A DNA stretch of 48,326 bases from an uncultured archaeon (GTDB lineage Archaea > Asgardarchaeota > Lokiarchaeia > Sigyniarchaeales > SOKP01), in assembly GCA_964583985.1 (NCBI GenBank), contig CAZOYD010000023.1, positions 1 to 48,326 of the forward strand. The letters run 5' to 3'. Shown piece by piece: positions 8,995-18,532 of this stretch (the first letter of the stretch is position 1; each line of letters starts with the position of its first letter). The position numbers and the translations under genes were made by a program. Below the pieces are notes generated by a model. It saw only the letters and a program-made list of their open reading frames with translations, had not been told where the DNA came from and ran no database searches.

Positions 8995-10367
8995 GAGATT
9001 TTTATACCGTTATCTTCTAATATTTTAAAACATTTTGGCGTTGTTGAAAATTTATTTCCTCCTATATAGAGTTCTTCTAGATTAGTGAGAGAAGCTAGTG
9101 AACTTGGTAAAGAAATAAGTTCATTTTGTGATAAATTCAAGTATCGTAAATTTTTTAAAAGCTTGAAATTCTCTGGAATATATTTTAATTTATTATCTTT
9201 AAGATTTAGTGAGGTTAATGATGTTAACTTACTTATTGACGTTGGAAGTTCACGTAATTCATTTCTTTCCAAATCAAAATCTTTAAGTAATGTCAAGTGT
9301 CCGATTGCATCATGCAGAGTAGTAATTTTGTTCCAACTCAAATTTAGAAGTTCTAAAGATTTTAACCTTGATATAGATACTGGAATGGTTATTAGGTTGT
9401 TATCATGGAGATTTAACTCTCTAAGTTTAGTTAATTTTCCAAAATCTTTAGGCAAGCATGTTATATTATTTAATCTAAGATTTAATATAACTAACTCACT
9501 TAAATTACAAAAAGATTCTGGTAAGTGTGTTAACTCATTTTTCCATAAATATAGTTCTTTTAAAGAACTTAAGTTACCAAAACATATCGGTAATTGATTT
9601 ATATTATTAACATTAAGATTTAGGTATTCTAAATCATTTAACATTCCTATCCAATTTGGCAGTTGTGTTATTTGATCATAGCGTAATGTTAATTTTTTTA
9701 AAGAAGTCAGATTTCTTATTGCTTCAGGAACTGAGGATAAGTTTTTAAAAATAAAATCTAACTCTGTGACTCTACAATCCGTAATTTCATATTTTAATCG
9801 CCAAATTACCTTTTTAAGGTATGTTAATGAGAAATAATTCATTAAAATAGCTATATCATCGGAAATTGAATTTTTTTGTGAAGTTGTTTGAAGGTAAATC
9901 TTAAACTTAATTTTAAAATCTTGATCAATGATATCATTCAGTTCTTGTTCCAAAAATAGTCTTGTTAGTTTGGAGTTTTCTTTATTAAGATCCAATAAAA
10001 ATTTAATAAGAGATTTTAAAACAGTTTCTAAGACTAAGTGGGAATCATCATTGTGAAGAACCCATTTCATTGGTTTATAAACCTTATCGTTAAAATTCGA
10101 ACTTAAAAATACTGCAGCCGCATTTCTAATGTTTTCATTAGAATCTGAAATCAAAAGGTTCTCAAAAGAGTTATATATATTCTCAGAGAGAGAGGCTATC
10201 TTTTCATTTATTTTCCAAAGATCTGAAAGTATTTTGATGCATTTTATGCGTTCTTTAAACGATCTACTATTTTCTATTAATGTAATTAGTTGTTCTAAAG
10301 CAGACTTTTTATCTATACGTTGATCGTTAAATTTCTCTAAAATTTTATCAGGCGCTATAGGGCCCAT
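8988..10367 (-). CDS. HEAT-like N-terminal domain plus LRR protein
   Basis: About 10 LRRs of 23 aa (LxxLxLxxNxLxxLP); FENLLISDSNENIRNAA motif. Confidence 0.9.
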   Translation of the reverse strand: MGPIAPDKILEKFNDQRIDKKSALEQLITLIENSRSFKERIKCIKILSDLWKINEKIASLSENIYNSFENLLISDSNENIRNAAAVFLSSNFNDKVYKPMKWVLHNDDSHLVLETVLKSLIKFLLDLNKENSKLTRLFLEQELNDIIDQDFKIKFKIYLQTTSQKNSISDDIAILMNYFSLTYLKKVIWRLKYEITDCRVTELDFIFKNLSSVPEAIRNLTSLKKLTLRYDQITQLPNWIGMLNDLEYLNLNVNNINQLPICFGNLSSLKELYLWKNELTHLPESFCNLSELVILNLRLNNITCLPKDFGKLTKLRELNLHDNNLITIPVSISRLKSLELLNLSWNKITTLHDAIGHLTLLKDFDLERNELRELPTSISKLTSLTSLNLKDNKLKYIPENFKLLKNLRYLNLSQNELISLPSSLASLTNLEELYIGGNKFSTTPKCFKILEDNGIKISY

Positions 10368-10429
10368 TATGAATAGGAAAGAATTTTATTTCAAATATCA
10401 AGTAGCTAAAAAAAGCAAAATATTTCAAT

Positions 10430-11929
10430 TTATTTGTAGACTACTAATCCCTTTCTTTCTAGGGATTTTAAAAAATCAGGAATTTCTACAATCGAGGTAA
10501 AATTTAAATCCAAGATTTTTAGATTTTCAAGCTGAGTTAAAGACTCGGGAATAGCCTCCAGGTGATTTCCCCAAAGATTCAATATCTCGAGAGATTTTAG
10601 AGAACCTAACCAACTTGGGAGAGTTTGGAATTTATTCCAGCTTAAATTTAATGATTTCAATTTATGTAATTTTTGGAAAGAATCAGGCAAAGATGTCAAA
10701 TTATTATTCCATAACAAAATGATTTCAATATTTTGAAGTTTTCCGATGTTTTTAGATAACTCAACTAAATTATTATCATATAATTGTAATTCTTCCAAAT
10801 TCTTGAGATTTTTAAACCAATTTGGAAGTTTATTTAACTTATTCCCTGCTAAACTTAACTTTTTAAGTGATTTTAGAGATTTTATACTTTTTGGCAAATT
10901 GATTATATTGTTTAAACCTAATTCTAAAACTTTTATTGATTTTAATCCTTTTAAACTCTTTGGAAATGTTTCAAGGATATTTCCGTGGAGATCAAGAAAT
11001 TCTAATTTTGATAAGTATTTCATTGATTTCGGTATGGAGCTTAAACGGTTTGATCTAAGATCTAGTGTTTTAAGATTTTTTAAATTATTTATCGAGGAAG
11101 GTAAATTCTTCAGCTTGTTGTATTTTAGATTCAAATATTCTAATGATTTTAAAGAACCAATAGAATCTGGAAGATTACTTATTTTATTATAGCTTAAGTC
11201 CAAATATCTTAATGATTTCAGGGATCCTAATGAATTTGAAATCCGTGTTAATCGATTAAATTTCAAGTCTAATTTCTTTAAATTTCTTAAATGGACTAGA
11301 TATTCAGGAAACTTAATTAAAACGTTCCAACCAAAAATATGGCTACTAACATCTGATAAATCTAATTCAGAAACTAAACAGTCTTTTATTTTATAATTAA
11401 TATGTCCATATTTCTTTTCCAATTCCTTAATAATGAAGAAATTAATCAAAAATTCCGAAAGTTCCAAATTGGAATAATTAGAAATAGTGTTGTTTTTCTT
11501 TAACTTATCTATTTCCTTTCTAAATGAACTTTTCTCAATTTTGTTAAATCTCTCTAATAATAATGACCTTGCATCATCTTTGGATATGTGACCTAAAATA
11601 TCAGTTATTGTTATTAAAGGGATTATTGAAACTTCATTGTTAAAAGCCCATTTAATTGGTTCATAAGTTTTATTTAGGAAATTAACTCTTAAAACACTCG
11701 CTGCCGCATTTCTTATGATTTCATGAGAATCAGAGATTAATAAATTTTCTAATAGACTAAAAATTCGGTCCTCTAATGCTCCAATTTGCCCTAATTTTGT
11801 GATAGCTTCAAATCTAACAAGAATGCTATCACTATCTTCAATTATTGATATAAATTGATCTATAGCGGTAATCTTATCAGTCTTGTTGTTAATGTAATCT
11901 TCATAAATCTTTGTGGGAGAAAAGGTCAT
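10430..11929 (-). CDS. HEAT-like N-terminal domain plus LRR protein
   Basis: About 12 LRRs of 23 aa; LENLLISDSHEIIRNAA motif. Confidence 0.9.
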   Translation of the reverse strand: MTFSPTKIYEDYINNKTDKITAIDQFISIIEDSDSILVRFEAITKLGQIGALEDRIFSLLENLLISDSHEIIRNAAASVLRVNFLNKTYEPIKWAFNNEVSIIPLITITDILGHISKDDARSLLLERFNKIEKSSFRKEIDKLKKNNTISNYSNLELSEFLINFFIIKELEKKYGHINYKIKDCLVSELDLSDVSSHIFGWNVLIKFPEYLVHLRNLKKLDLKFNRLTRISNSLGSLKSLRYLDLSYNKISNLPDSIGSLKSLEYLNLKYNKLKNLPSSINNLKNLKTLDLRSNRLSSIPKSMKYLSKLEFLDLHGNILETFPKSLKGLKSIKVLELGLNNIINLPKSIKSLKSLKKLSLAGNKLNKLPNWFKNLKNLEELQLYDNNLVELSKNIGKLQNIEIILLWNNNLTSLPDSFQKLHKLKSLNLSWNKFQTLPSWLGSLKSLEILNLWGNHLEAIPESLTQLENLKILDLNFTSIVEIPDFLKSLERKGLVVYK

Positions 11930-12012
11930 TCTAATTCAAAATCCTTTGAGACTATTATGTATATGGGTTCATTTCATTAATTTTTTACTTATCAAAAAGG
12001 TAAAATTAGATT

Positions 12013-13917
12013 TTACAAGATATATTTCGTTAAATCTAGTTCTTTTAATTTATATGTGGATGGTATCCCAGTTTCTTTTTCCCAACCACGTTCATCATAA
12101 TAATCCTCTAGTAATTGCTCGGCAATATCTCTATTAATTTTTACATTGCCATAGAAATCGTATAATTCAAGTTCATTTTCACCGTATTTCAAAGATTTAA
12201 ACCAATTTTTAGGGAAAGCGTCATCTTGTCGAGAAAAACCTTCCCTAACATTCATCAATTTCATGAGATTCCATGATCTTTCCGCTGCAATTCTTATTTC
12301 ATTAACACTTAAATTTAAGCCAGTTATTGCATTATAAAAAGATGTAATGAGCTCTAAACTATAAAATCTATTCATTTGTGCTCTAGCACATAGTCCAAAT
12401 GATGTCAATATTGTATACCAATCCTCTGAATACCGGGTTAATCTCCCAACGTTTATACCCATCTCTTTTTTGGGTGGTCGAAATAACCTATCTATAGCAC
12501 TCTCGGGGATTCCCATTCGGTTAAAATGCGATGTCATCTTTTCTAATCCCCCTCCTGCACCCACATAAGTTGGAGATCCTCCTGAAGCAACATGTGCCCC
12601 TTTTGGATTCACTATTTGCTCAAACTCCATAGTTCCTAGCTTCAAAAATCTTGGTTCAAAAACTACATCTAATCCTTTTACTATGAGCATTTCTTCTTCC
12701 AAATTTTCTTTGATACTTGCAATTCCTTTCCATCCATCAGCAAGTATATTCCCTATTCCATTTCGATGTGCTATGATCTCAATTAAATGTTCATAAGTCT
12801 TAAAGTCCTTTTTCCACTCAAATCCTAAATCTTTATCAGAAAGATAATTTAAGTCGATCATATTTGATATGAAGTCAAATAATGAGGTAATTGTAAGCGA
12901 GTCTAGTCCATATCGCCCTATTATGTCAAAAATTTTAACTGCTTCATCATAAGAGCTCAATCCATCAGATGTAAACATTAAAAAGGGATTAATGATGGAT
13001 GAAGTATAATTCAATAGCCCCGTAAATTTTCCTTCTCTTATCTCGAGGATGTCTTTATCAGCCATTGGGCAACTGGGGCATCCTATTCTTCTCTTCTTTA
13101 TATTTTTAAGATAATTACGATCGCTGCATTGCTTTGCTTTCTTTTTTTCTCCTTTTGCGTTTAATATCATTCCAACAGGTAAACTTCTCAACATTCCAAG
13201 TTCAATCCATGAATCTCTCTGAGGATATTTGCGAATTCTATCAATAAAATTAACATATAATTTATTGAATTGCTTTGGGTTAGCGATTTCGATTCCTTTA
13301 GTACCTTTAACGACGATTGCTTTCAAGTTCTTTGATCCCATTATTGCCCCCAAGCCACCTCTACCAAATGTTGAGGTTTTATCAATTAACGTGAGTGCCC
13401 CAAATACTTTATTCTCCCCTGCTTGTCCTATTGCGATAACTCCACAATCTTCATATTTCTTCCACATTAAATCTGTCGTTTGAACAATATCGAGCCCCCA
13501 TACTTTATCTGCATCAATTAAATCGATATGATCATCAAATATGAAGAGATATGTTGGTTTATCTGCTTTTCCAGTTAAAATTACATGATCGTATCCTGCT
13601 TGCTTTAAATGAAATCCAAAACTCATCCCTCCACAAACACTAGCAACTGCACCTGTAGCAGGAAATTTTGAGAGTCCGGAAGTTCTGGATGCTCCTGGCA
13701 TTATAGTACCTACCATTGGTCCAGTACCAAGTACAATTATATTATCAGCAGAAAATGGATTCGTTTTAGGTCTCATTCTTTCGACTCCAAGAAAGAAATT
13801 CATGCCAATACTCCCAATGAATTTTTTAACATCCTGGAGATTCTCTTTCAGAATTGAAATTTTTTGATCTGTGAGATTAATGTCTAGTATTTTTCCTGTA
13901 TATCCATACCAGTTCAT
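12013..13917 (-). CDS. Aldehyde:ferredoxin oxidoreductase (W/Mo-pterin AOR) family protein, atypical
   Basis: GYTGKILDINLT, LKQAGYDHVILTGKA, IGQAGE, GRGGLGAIMGSKNLKAI and YYDERGW. Confidence 0.88.
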   Translation of the reverse strand: MNWYGYTGKILDINLTDQKISILKENLQDVKKFIGSIGMNFFLGVERMRPKTNPFSADNIIVLGTGPMVGTIMPGASRTSGLSKFPATGAVASVCGGMSFGFHLKQAGYDHVILTGKADKPTYLFIFDDHIDLIDADKVWGLDIVQTTDLMWKKYEDCGVIAIGQAGENKVFGALTLIDKTSTFGRGGLGAIMGSKNLKAIVVKGTKGIEIANPKQFNKLYVNFIDRIRKYPQRDSWIELGMLRSLPVGMILNAKGEKKKAKQCSDRNYLKNIKKRRIGCPSCPMADKDILEIREGKFTGLLNYTSSIINPFLMFTSDGLSSYDEAVKIFDIIGRYGLDSLTITSLFDFISNMIDLNYLSDKDLGFEWKKDFKTYEHLIEIIAHRNGIGNILADGWKGIASIKENLEEEMLIVKGLDVVFEPRFLKLGTMEFEQIVNPKGAHVASGGSPTYVGAGGGLEKMTSHFNRMGIPESAIDRLFRPPKKEMGINVGRLTRYSEDWYTILTSFGLCARAQMNRFYSLELITSFYNAITGLNLSVNEIRIAAERSWNLMKLMNVREGFSRQDDAFPKNWFKSLKYGENELELYDFYGNVKINRDIAEQLLEDYYDERGWEKETGIPSTYKLKELDLTKYIL

Positions 13918-14153
13918 CCTTCATTCACCTCAATAATTTCTAGTGCCCCATATAAGCAATAACGTGCACATTGCCCACATTTATTGCATTCTTCTGAAAA
14001 ATCGATCTTTGGTGTTAATCCATAGATATCATGTAATCTAATGCGAGAAAGCGCCAAGGAATATTTTTCATTATATAGAAAGGAACAAGTCAGCTGGCAG
14101 ATTCGACAACCGACACATTTTTCCGGATGAATTAGAATTTCAGATACTCTCAT
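13914..14153 (-). CDS. 2x[4Fe-4S] ferredoxin-like subunit coupled to the AOR
   Basis: CVGCRICQLTC and CNKCGQCARYC; 4-bp overlap with the AOR start. Confidence 0.88.
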   Translation of the reverse strand: MRVSEILIHPEKCVGCRICQLTCSFLYNEKYSLALSRIRLHDIYGLTPKIDFSEECNKCGQCARYCLYGALEIIEVNEG

Positions 14154-14171
14154 AATAATAAGTAATTAGAA

Positions 14172-15674
14172 TTATATATTAACAGTTACCCCTTTACTCC
14201 GTAATATTTCTATTTCTTTCGGTGTATCTGTAAATTTATTAAAGTTAAGATAAATAGTTTTCAGATTTATTAGAGATTCGATTTCATCTGGAATACGCTC
14301 TATTTGATTACCCCATAAAATCAATAATTCAAGAGATTTTAGAGAATCTATCCACTTAGGTATTTCCTTGATATTATTCCAACTAAAATTTAGAGATTTT
14401 AGATTTTTAAGATATGAGATACAATCAGGTATTATTTGAAAATGATTATTTCTAAAATTTAGAATCTCTAATTGCTCTAATGAACTGAAAGTACCAGGAA
14501 GGTCTTTTAATTGATTATCATGGATTGAAAATTGTCTTAAATTTTTTAATGTATCAAACCAAATGGGCACTTCATTAATTAGATTATTTTCGAAATTTAA
14601 ACTGTATAATGATTTCACATTTTTTATAGTATCTGGAATATGGTTAAATTTGTTCCATCCTAATTCAAGTTGAGTTAAAGCCCCCAAACTATCCGTGTTT
14701 ATTAGAAAAGTTCTCATTTGATTATGATGTAAATCAATCAATTTTAGCTTTTTTAGATTACCAATAGAAAAAGGAATCGTGTTAAGAAGATTATCTCTTA
14801 GAATTAATGTTTCAAGATTTTGTAATTTATTAATGGTTTCAGGAACTCTTTTTAAACTGTTAGATTTTAGGTTAAGCATTTTTAATTTTGTGAAGGCTGA
14901 AATGGAATTTGGCAAATTATCGATGTCATTGTAACTCAAATCCAATTTTTCCAGTTGATACGCTCTATTTATTATTTCTGGAATTGTCTTTAAATGATTA
15001 TTACTCAAATCCAAACGCTTTAGAAAGGAGAGAGATAATATTGCTCCAAGTGAGTTAAATAACTGATTCAAACCTAATCCATGATAAGCTACATTCGATA
15101 AATCTAAATCCGCAATGGTGCCATTCTTATTGAGAGAGAATATCACACGCCCAAATTCCAGTTTCAATGAAGAAATTACAAGATAATTTATTAGAATTTC
15201 AGCCAACTCAATATTATTCAAATTCTTTAAATCTTGTTTTTCAATTATTTCTTTTAGGTTATAGTTGTACTTTTTTTTATGAAATTCATTGATTTTTTTA
15301 ATTAAAATTGACCGTGTTTTTTCATTATTGATTTCTGCTAAAGTGTTAATTATAGCTATCTGAACTAATAGGGATTTTTCATTTTGTAATGCCCAATATA
15401 TTGGTGGAATAGCTTGATCAATGTATAACTTGGATAATATTTTAGCTGATTGAATTCTTATTCTCTCATTATTATCTGAAATCAATAAATTCTCTAAAAA
15501 TATGAATAATTTCTTAGAATTTTCTTTTATTTCTGCTAAAGCTTTAATGCTTTCCAACCGTGTTTGGATATTCTCTGAATTTTCAATAATTGTAGTTAAT
15601 AATTCTACAGCAGATGCTTTATCTAAATCACCGCTTTTAACATCATTTAAAATTGCAGTCGGAGTGAAAGGCAT
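14172..15674 (-). CDS. HEAT-like N-terminal domain plus LRR protein
   Basis: About 12 LRRs of 23 aa; LENLLISDNNERIR motif. Confidence 0.9.
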   Translation of the reverse strand: MPFTPTAILNDVKSGDLDKASAVELLTTIIENSENIQTRLESIKALAEIKENSKKLFIFLENLLISDNNERIRIQSAKILSKLYIDQAIPPIYWALQNEKSLLVQIAIINTLAEINNEKTRSILIKKINEFHKKKYNYNLKEIIEKQDLKNLNNIELAEILINYLVISSLKLEFGRVIFSLNKNGTIADLDLSNVAYHGLGLNQLFNSLGAILSLSFLKRLDLSNNHLKTIPEIINRAYQLEKLDLSYNDIDNLPNSISAFTKLKMLNLKSNSLKRVPETINKLQNLETLILRDNLLNTIPFSIGNLKKLKLIDLHHNQMRTFLINTDSLGALTQLELGWNKFNHIPDTIKNVKSLYSLNFENNLINEVPIWFDTLKNLRQFSIHDNQLKDLPGTFSSLEQLEILNFRNNHFQIIPDCISYLKNLKSLNFSWNNIKEIPKWIDSLKSLELLILWGNQIERIPDEIESLINLKTIYLNFNKFTDTPKEIEILRSKGVTVNI

Positions 15675-15714
15675 TTATTGAATTCATTAGTTATACTTCT
15701 TAGATATAATTAAC

Positions 15715-17253
15715 TTAAATCCTTTCTATCATCATCCCACCTAGTATTATAGGTCCTCCAGTGGAATTATAAATTTTTTCTGCTCTCTTTAGTTTTGTTT
15801 GGGTATCTGCATATATTTTTAAAACAATTTCCCCCTCTTCTATTCTTGCACCTTGCTTTTTAAATATTTCCACGCCAGAGCTTTTGGAGTAGGGACATCC
15901 TGCAGCTTTAGCTATTTGGTTTATCAGTTTATTATTTACTTCAGTTATATGACCCGATTTAACGGCATAGAACTCCTTTTCATAAGGACCAATTTCTATT
16001 TCTTGTGGTTGAATATCGGGATTTCCTCCCTGTGCTTCAATTATTCTAACCATCTTTTCATAAGCTTCTCCAGAACGTAAGATTTCTTTTGCTAAAGTTT
16101 GCCCCATGCCCCTTTGAGCTTTTCCTCCCATCTCAAGTAAAATTCCCGCTAAATCTGTAGATTTTTCAATTAAAGAGTTCGGACCAGCAGAATAATCCAT
16201 GAGTAACGTAAGGGCTTCTTTTGCTTCTAATGCGGGACCAATAGTATGACCTATTGGTTGATGTGCTAATGTTAAGGCACATTCTGCTTCAATACCTACA
16301 TTTTTTGCGATTTCTTTGAAAGTATAAGCAAATTCTTTCCCATTATGTGCTGTAGGAAATTTTGTTCCAGGACCACAAGGAATGTCTAAAACAAGCTTTT
16401 TCACACCTAATGAAAGTTTTTTTGTAAGGATAGAAGGTATCATAAGTCCAATAGGATCCATGTGCAAAGGACGTTCAATTTCAATGAGAATATTATCTGC
16501 AGGAGCGGTATTAAGTGCCCCTCCCCAAATAATACATCCATTTTCCTTAGAAATGATTTCTTTTAGTTTATCATATTCAAATGCAACAGGTGCCAATACT
16601 TCCATAGAATCTGCTGTCCCTGAAGGTGATGTTATTGCTCTAGTAGATGACTTAGGGATCATTAAACCAGCCGCTGCAACAATCGGAACAATAATTAATG
16701 AAACTTTATTCCCTGGTACTCCTCCCGTGCTATGTTTATCAAAAACATCAGTTCCGAAGTTGAATATTTTCCCACTCCGAGCCTCTGCAAGAGTTAAAGC
16801 AGTCATTTCATCGTGATCCATCCCATTTATAGCTACACCCGTAATAAAAGCAGCTAATTCAATTCTTGATAATGAACCTGAAACAGCATCTTTGATAATT
16901 TTGTTTATTTCTTCCACTGCAAGTTTGCTTGCTTTTATTTTTTTTTGGATAAACATTAATGATTCCGGAGGATCAGCAGGCTTGATGGAAAGCATCATAT
17001 TTTCTTTAATATTTTTTTTTTCATTTAGTAAATCTAAAGACAACCCTATTTCTCCCGGTTTAACAATTGAATTCGAGTGATCAATTTCTAAAATAGCTAC
17101 CCAATATTTATTCTCGATGGATTTTGATTTAATATTTTTAATTCTTATTCTATCTCCTGCTTTTTGTCCTAGTTCTAATGAATCATCGTAATTTATGATA
17201 ACATCTTTCCTATTTCCAGGTTCATAATTCATTACTTTAACTTTTAATTTCAT
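15715..17253 (-). CDS. deoA: AMP phosphorylase (archaeal thymidine phosphorylase family)
   Basis: DKHSTGGVPGNKVSLI and KSSTRAITSPSGTAD; about 510 aa with the extra N-terminal domain typical of AMP phosphorylases. Confidence 0.9.
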   Translation of the reverse strand: MKLKVKVMNYEPGNRKDVIINYDDSLELGQKAGDRIRIKNIKSKSIENKYWVAILEIDHSNSIVKPGEIGLSLDLLNEKKNIKENMMLSIKPADPPESLMFIQKKIKASKLAVEEINKIIKDAVSGSLSRIELAAFITGVAINGMDHDEMTALTLAEARSGKIFNFGTDVFDKHSTGGVPGNKVSLIIVPIVAAAGLMIPKSSTRAITSPSGTADSMEVLAPVAFEYDKLKEIISKENGCIIWGGALNTAPADNILIEIERPLHMDPIGLMIPSILTKKLSLGVKKLVLDIPCGPGTKFPTAHNGKEFAYTFKEIAKNVGIEAECALTLAHQPIGHTIGPALEAKEALTLLMDYSAGPNSLIEKSTDLAGILLEMGGKAQRGMGQTLAKEILRSGEAYEKMVRIIEAQGGNPDIQPQEIEIGPYEKEFYAVKSGHITEVNNKLINQIAKAAGCPYSKSSGVEIFKKQGARIEEGEIVLKIYADTQTKLKRAEKIYNSTGGPIILGGMMIERI

Positions 17254-17344
17254 AATACTTCATAATAAGTTTAATATAGAGATATATAAAATTTAGGTTA
17301 ATTAAGTTTAATGTGCATAGTCTTAACATCTACTTGGATTCAAT

Positions 17345-18520
17345 TTGAAAAACTTAATTAAAAATCATAAAATTATTTCAATTATGGATAAATTTGAAAA
17401 AGCAAGTCAAATTCTAAAAGAGTTAGAAACAGATGGTTGGTTAATCATCTGTAATGAAGATAGTGATATAAATAGCTCATTCATGTTAGGTGTAGAATCC
17501 CATGCTAAGCATTATATTTATGTTGCAGCAAATGGTCAGCATGAAGTAATGGCTGTGACCATGGAAGCTCCAATGATAAAACGAACTCTTGAATCTAAAG
17601 GAATTAATGCAAAAGTGCAATCTTACAATTCATTTGGTGATTTGGAAACATTTCTGACACGAATTTTAAAGAATTCCAAAATTGCTCTCAATTTTGGAGA
17701 AAATGTTTTAGATGCTGAGGGTACTTCATATGCTGATTATCTTCGTGTAGGTGATTATACTTCAATAAAAAATTTAGGTCCTAAAACGAAATTAATTTCA
17801 GCAGCGCCTATTATCTATAAATTAAGAAGTGTTAAGACACCTGAAGAGTTAAAAGATTTAAGAAATACATGTAAAGCTACAATGGAATTGTTAGACGATT
17901 TACCTAATTGGGTAAAAGTGGGGATGACAGAAAATGATATCCGAGCAAAATTAGAATATGAATATATGAAAATTGGAAAAATAGCATTTCCATCAATAGT
18001 TGCAACAGGTCCAAATTCTGCGGATCCCCATCATAATACTTCTACAAAGAAAATTGAACCAGGAGTGCTTTTGATCGATACGGGATTAAAGATAGATGAA
18101 ATATGTTCGGATATCACTTGGACCTATTGGATGGGCAAGCCAACCGAAGAATTTGAGAAAGCCTATCATGCTCTTTATAAGTCTAAAATCGCCGCTAATG
18201 ACTATATGATTGATGGAAGCCCTAATTACCTCCCAGGAGTGAAGTGTAGAGAATCTTTAGCAAAAGATGGTTACGATCATGAAAAACTATTTTTCCATGG
18301 ATTAGGTCATTCGTTAGGTTTTGAAGCACATGATGTTGGAGAGAGAATGAGTTGGAAGGTTCCAAAACACTTCAAATTGAAAGAAAACATGGTTTATACG
18401 AATGAACCAGGTTTATATTGGGAAAATAAATGGGGTATTCGTTTGGAAGATGATGTAATTATTGGAAAGGAAAAATGCGAGTTGGTAACGCAAGTGCCTA
18501 AAGTACCTCTTATAATATAA
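17345..18520 (+). CDS. Xaa-Pro aminopeptidase / prolidase (M24B); ATG at 17384 is the likely start
   Basis: SADPHH, LIDTG...CSDIT, HGLGHSLG..AHD, TNEPGLY and GIRLEDD. Confidence 0.9.
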   Translation: MKNLIKNHKIISIMDKFEKASQILKELETDGWLIICNEDSDINSSFMLGVESHAKHYIYVAANGQHEVMAVTMEAPMIKRTLESKGINAKVQSYNSFGDLETFLTRILKNSKIALNFGENVLDAEGTSYADYLRVGDYTSIKNLGPKTKLISAAPIIYKLRSVKTPEELKDLRNTCKATMELLDDLPNWVKVGMTENDIRAKLEYEYMKIGKIAFPSIVATGPNSADPHHNTSTKKIEPGVLLIDTGLKIDEICSDITWTYWMGKPTEEFEKAYHALYKSKIAANDYMIDGSPNYLPGVKCRESLAKDGYDHEKLFFHGLGHSLGFEAHDVGERMSWKVPKHFKLKENMVYTNEPGLYWENKWGIRLEDDVIIGKEKCELVTQVPKVPLII

Positions 18521-18532
18521 AATTTTATTTCC

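Noticed and set aside
9085-11192. Plus-strand ORFs 9085-9597, 10129-10323 and 10746-11192, and similar antisense ORFs elsewhere
   Set aside because: They are shadows of clearly coding opposite-strand genes and carry no motifs of their own
1377-17253. RuBisCO plus AMP phosphorylase as a pentose-bisphosphate CO2-fixing pathway
   Set aside because: The RuBisCO homologue has form IV features (no HxGTxxGK loop-6 context), lies 13 kb from the phosphorylase, and no R15P isomerase is in the window
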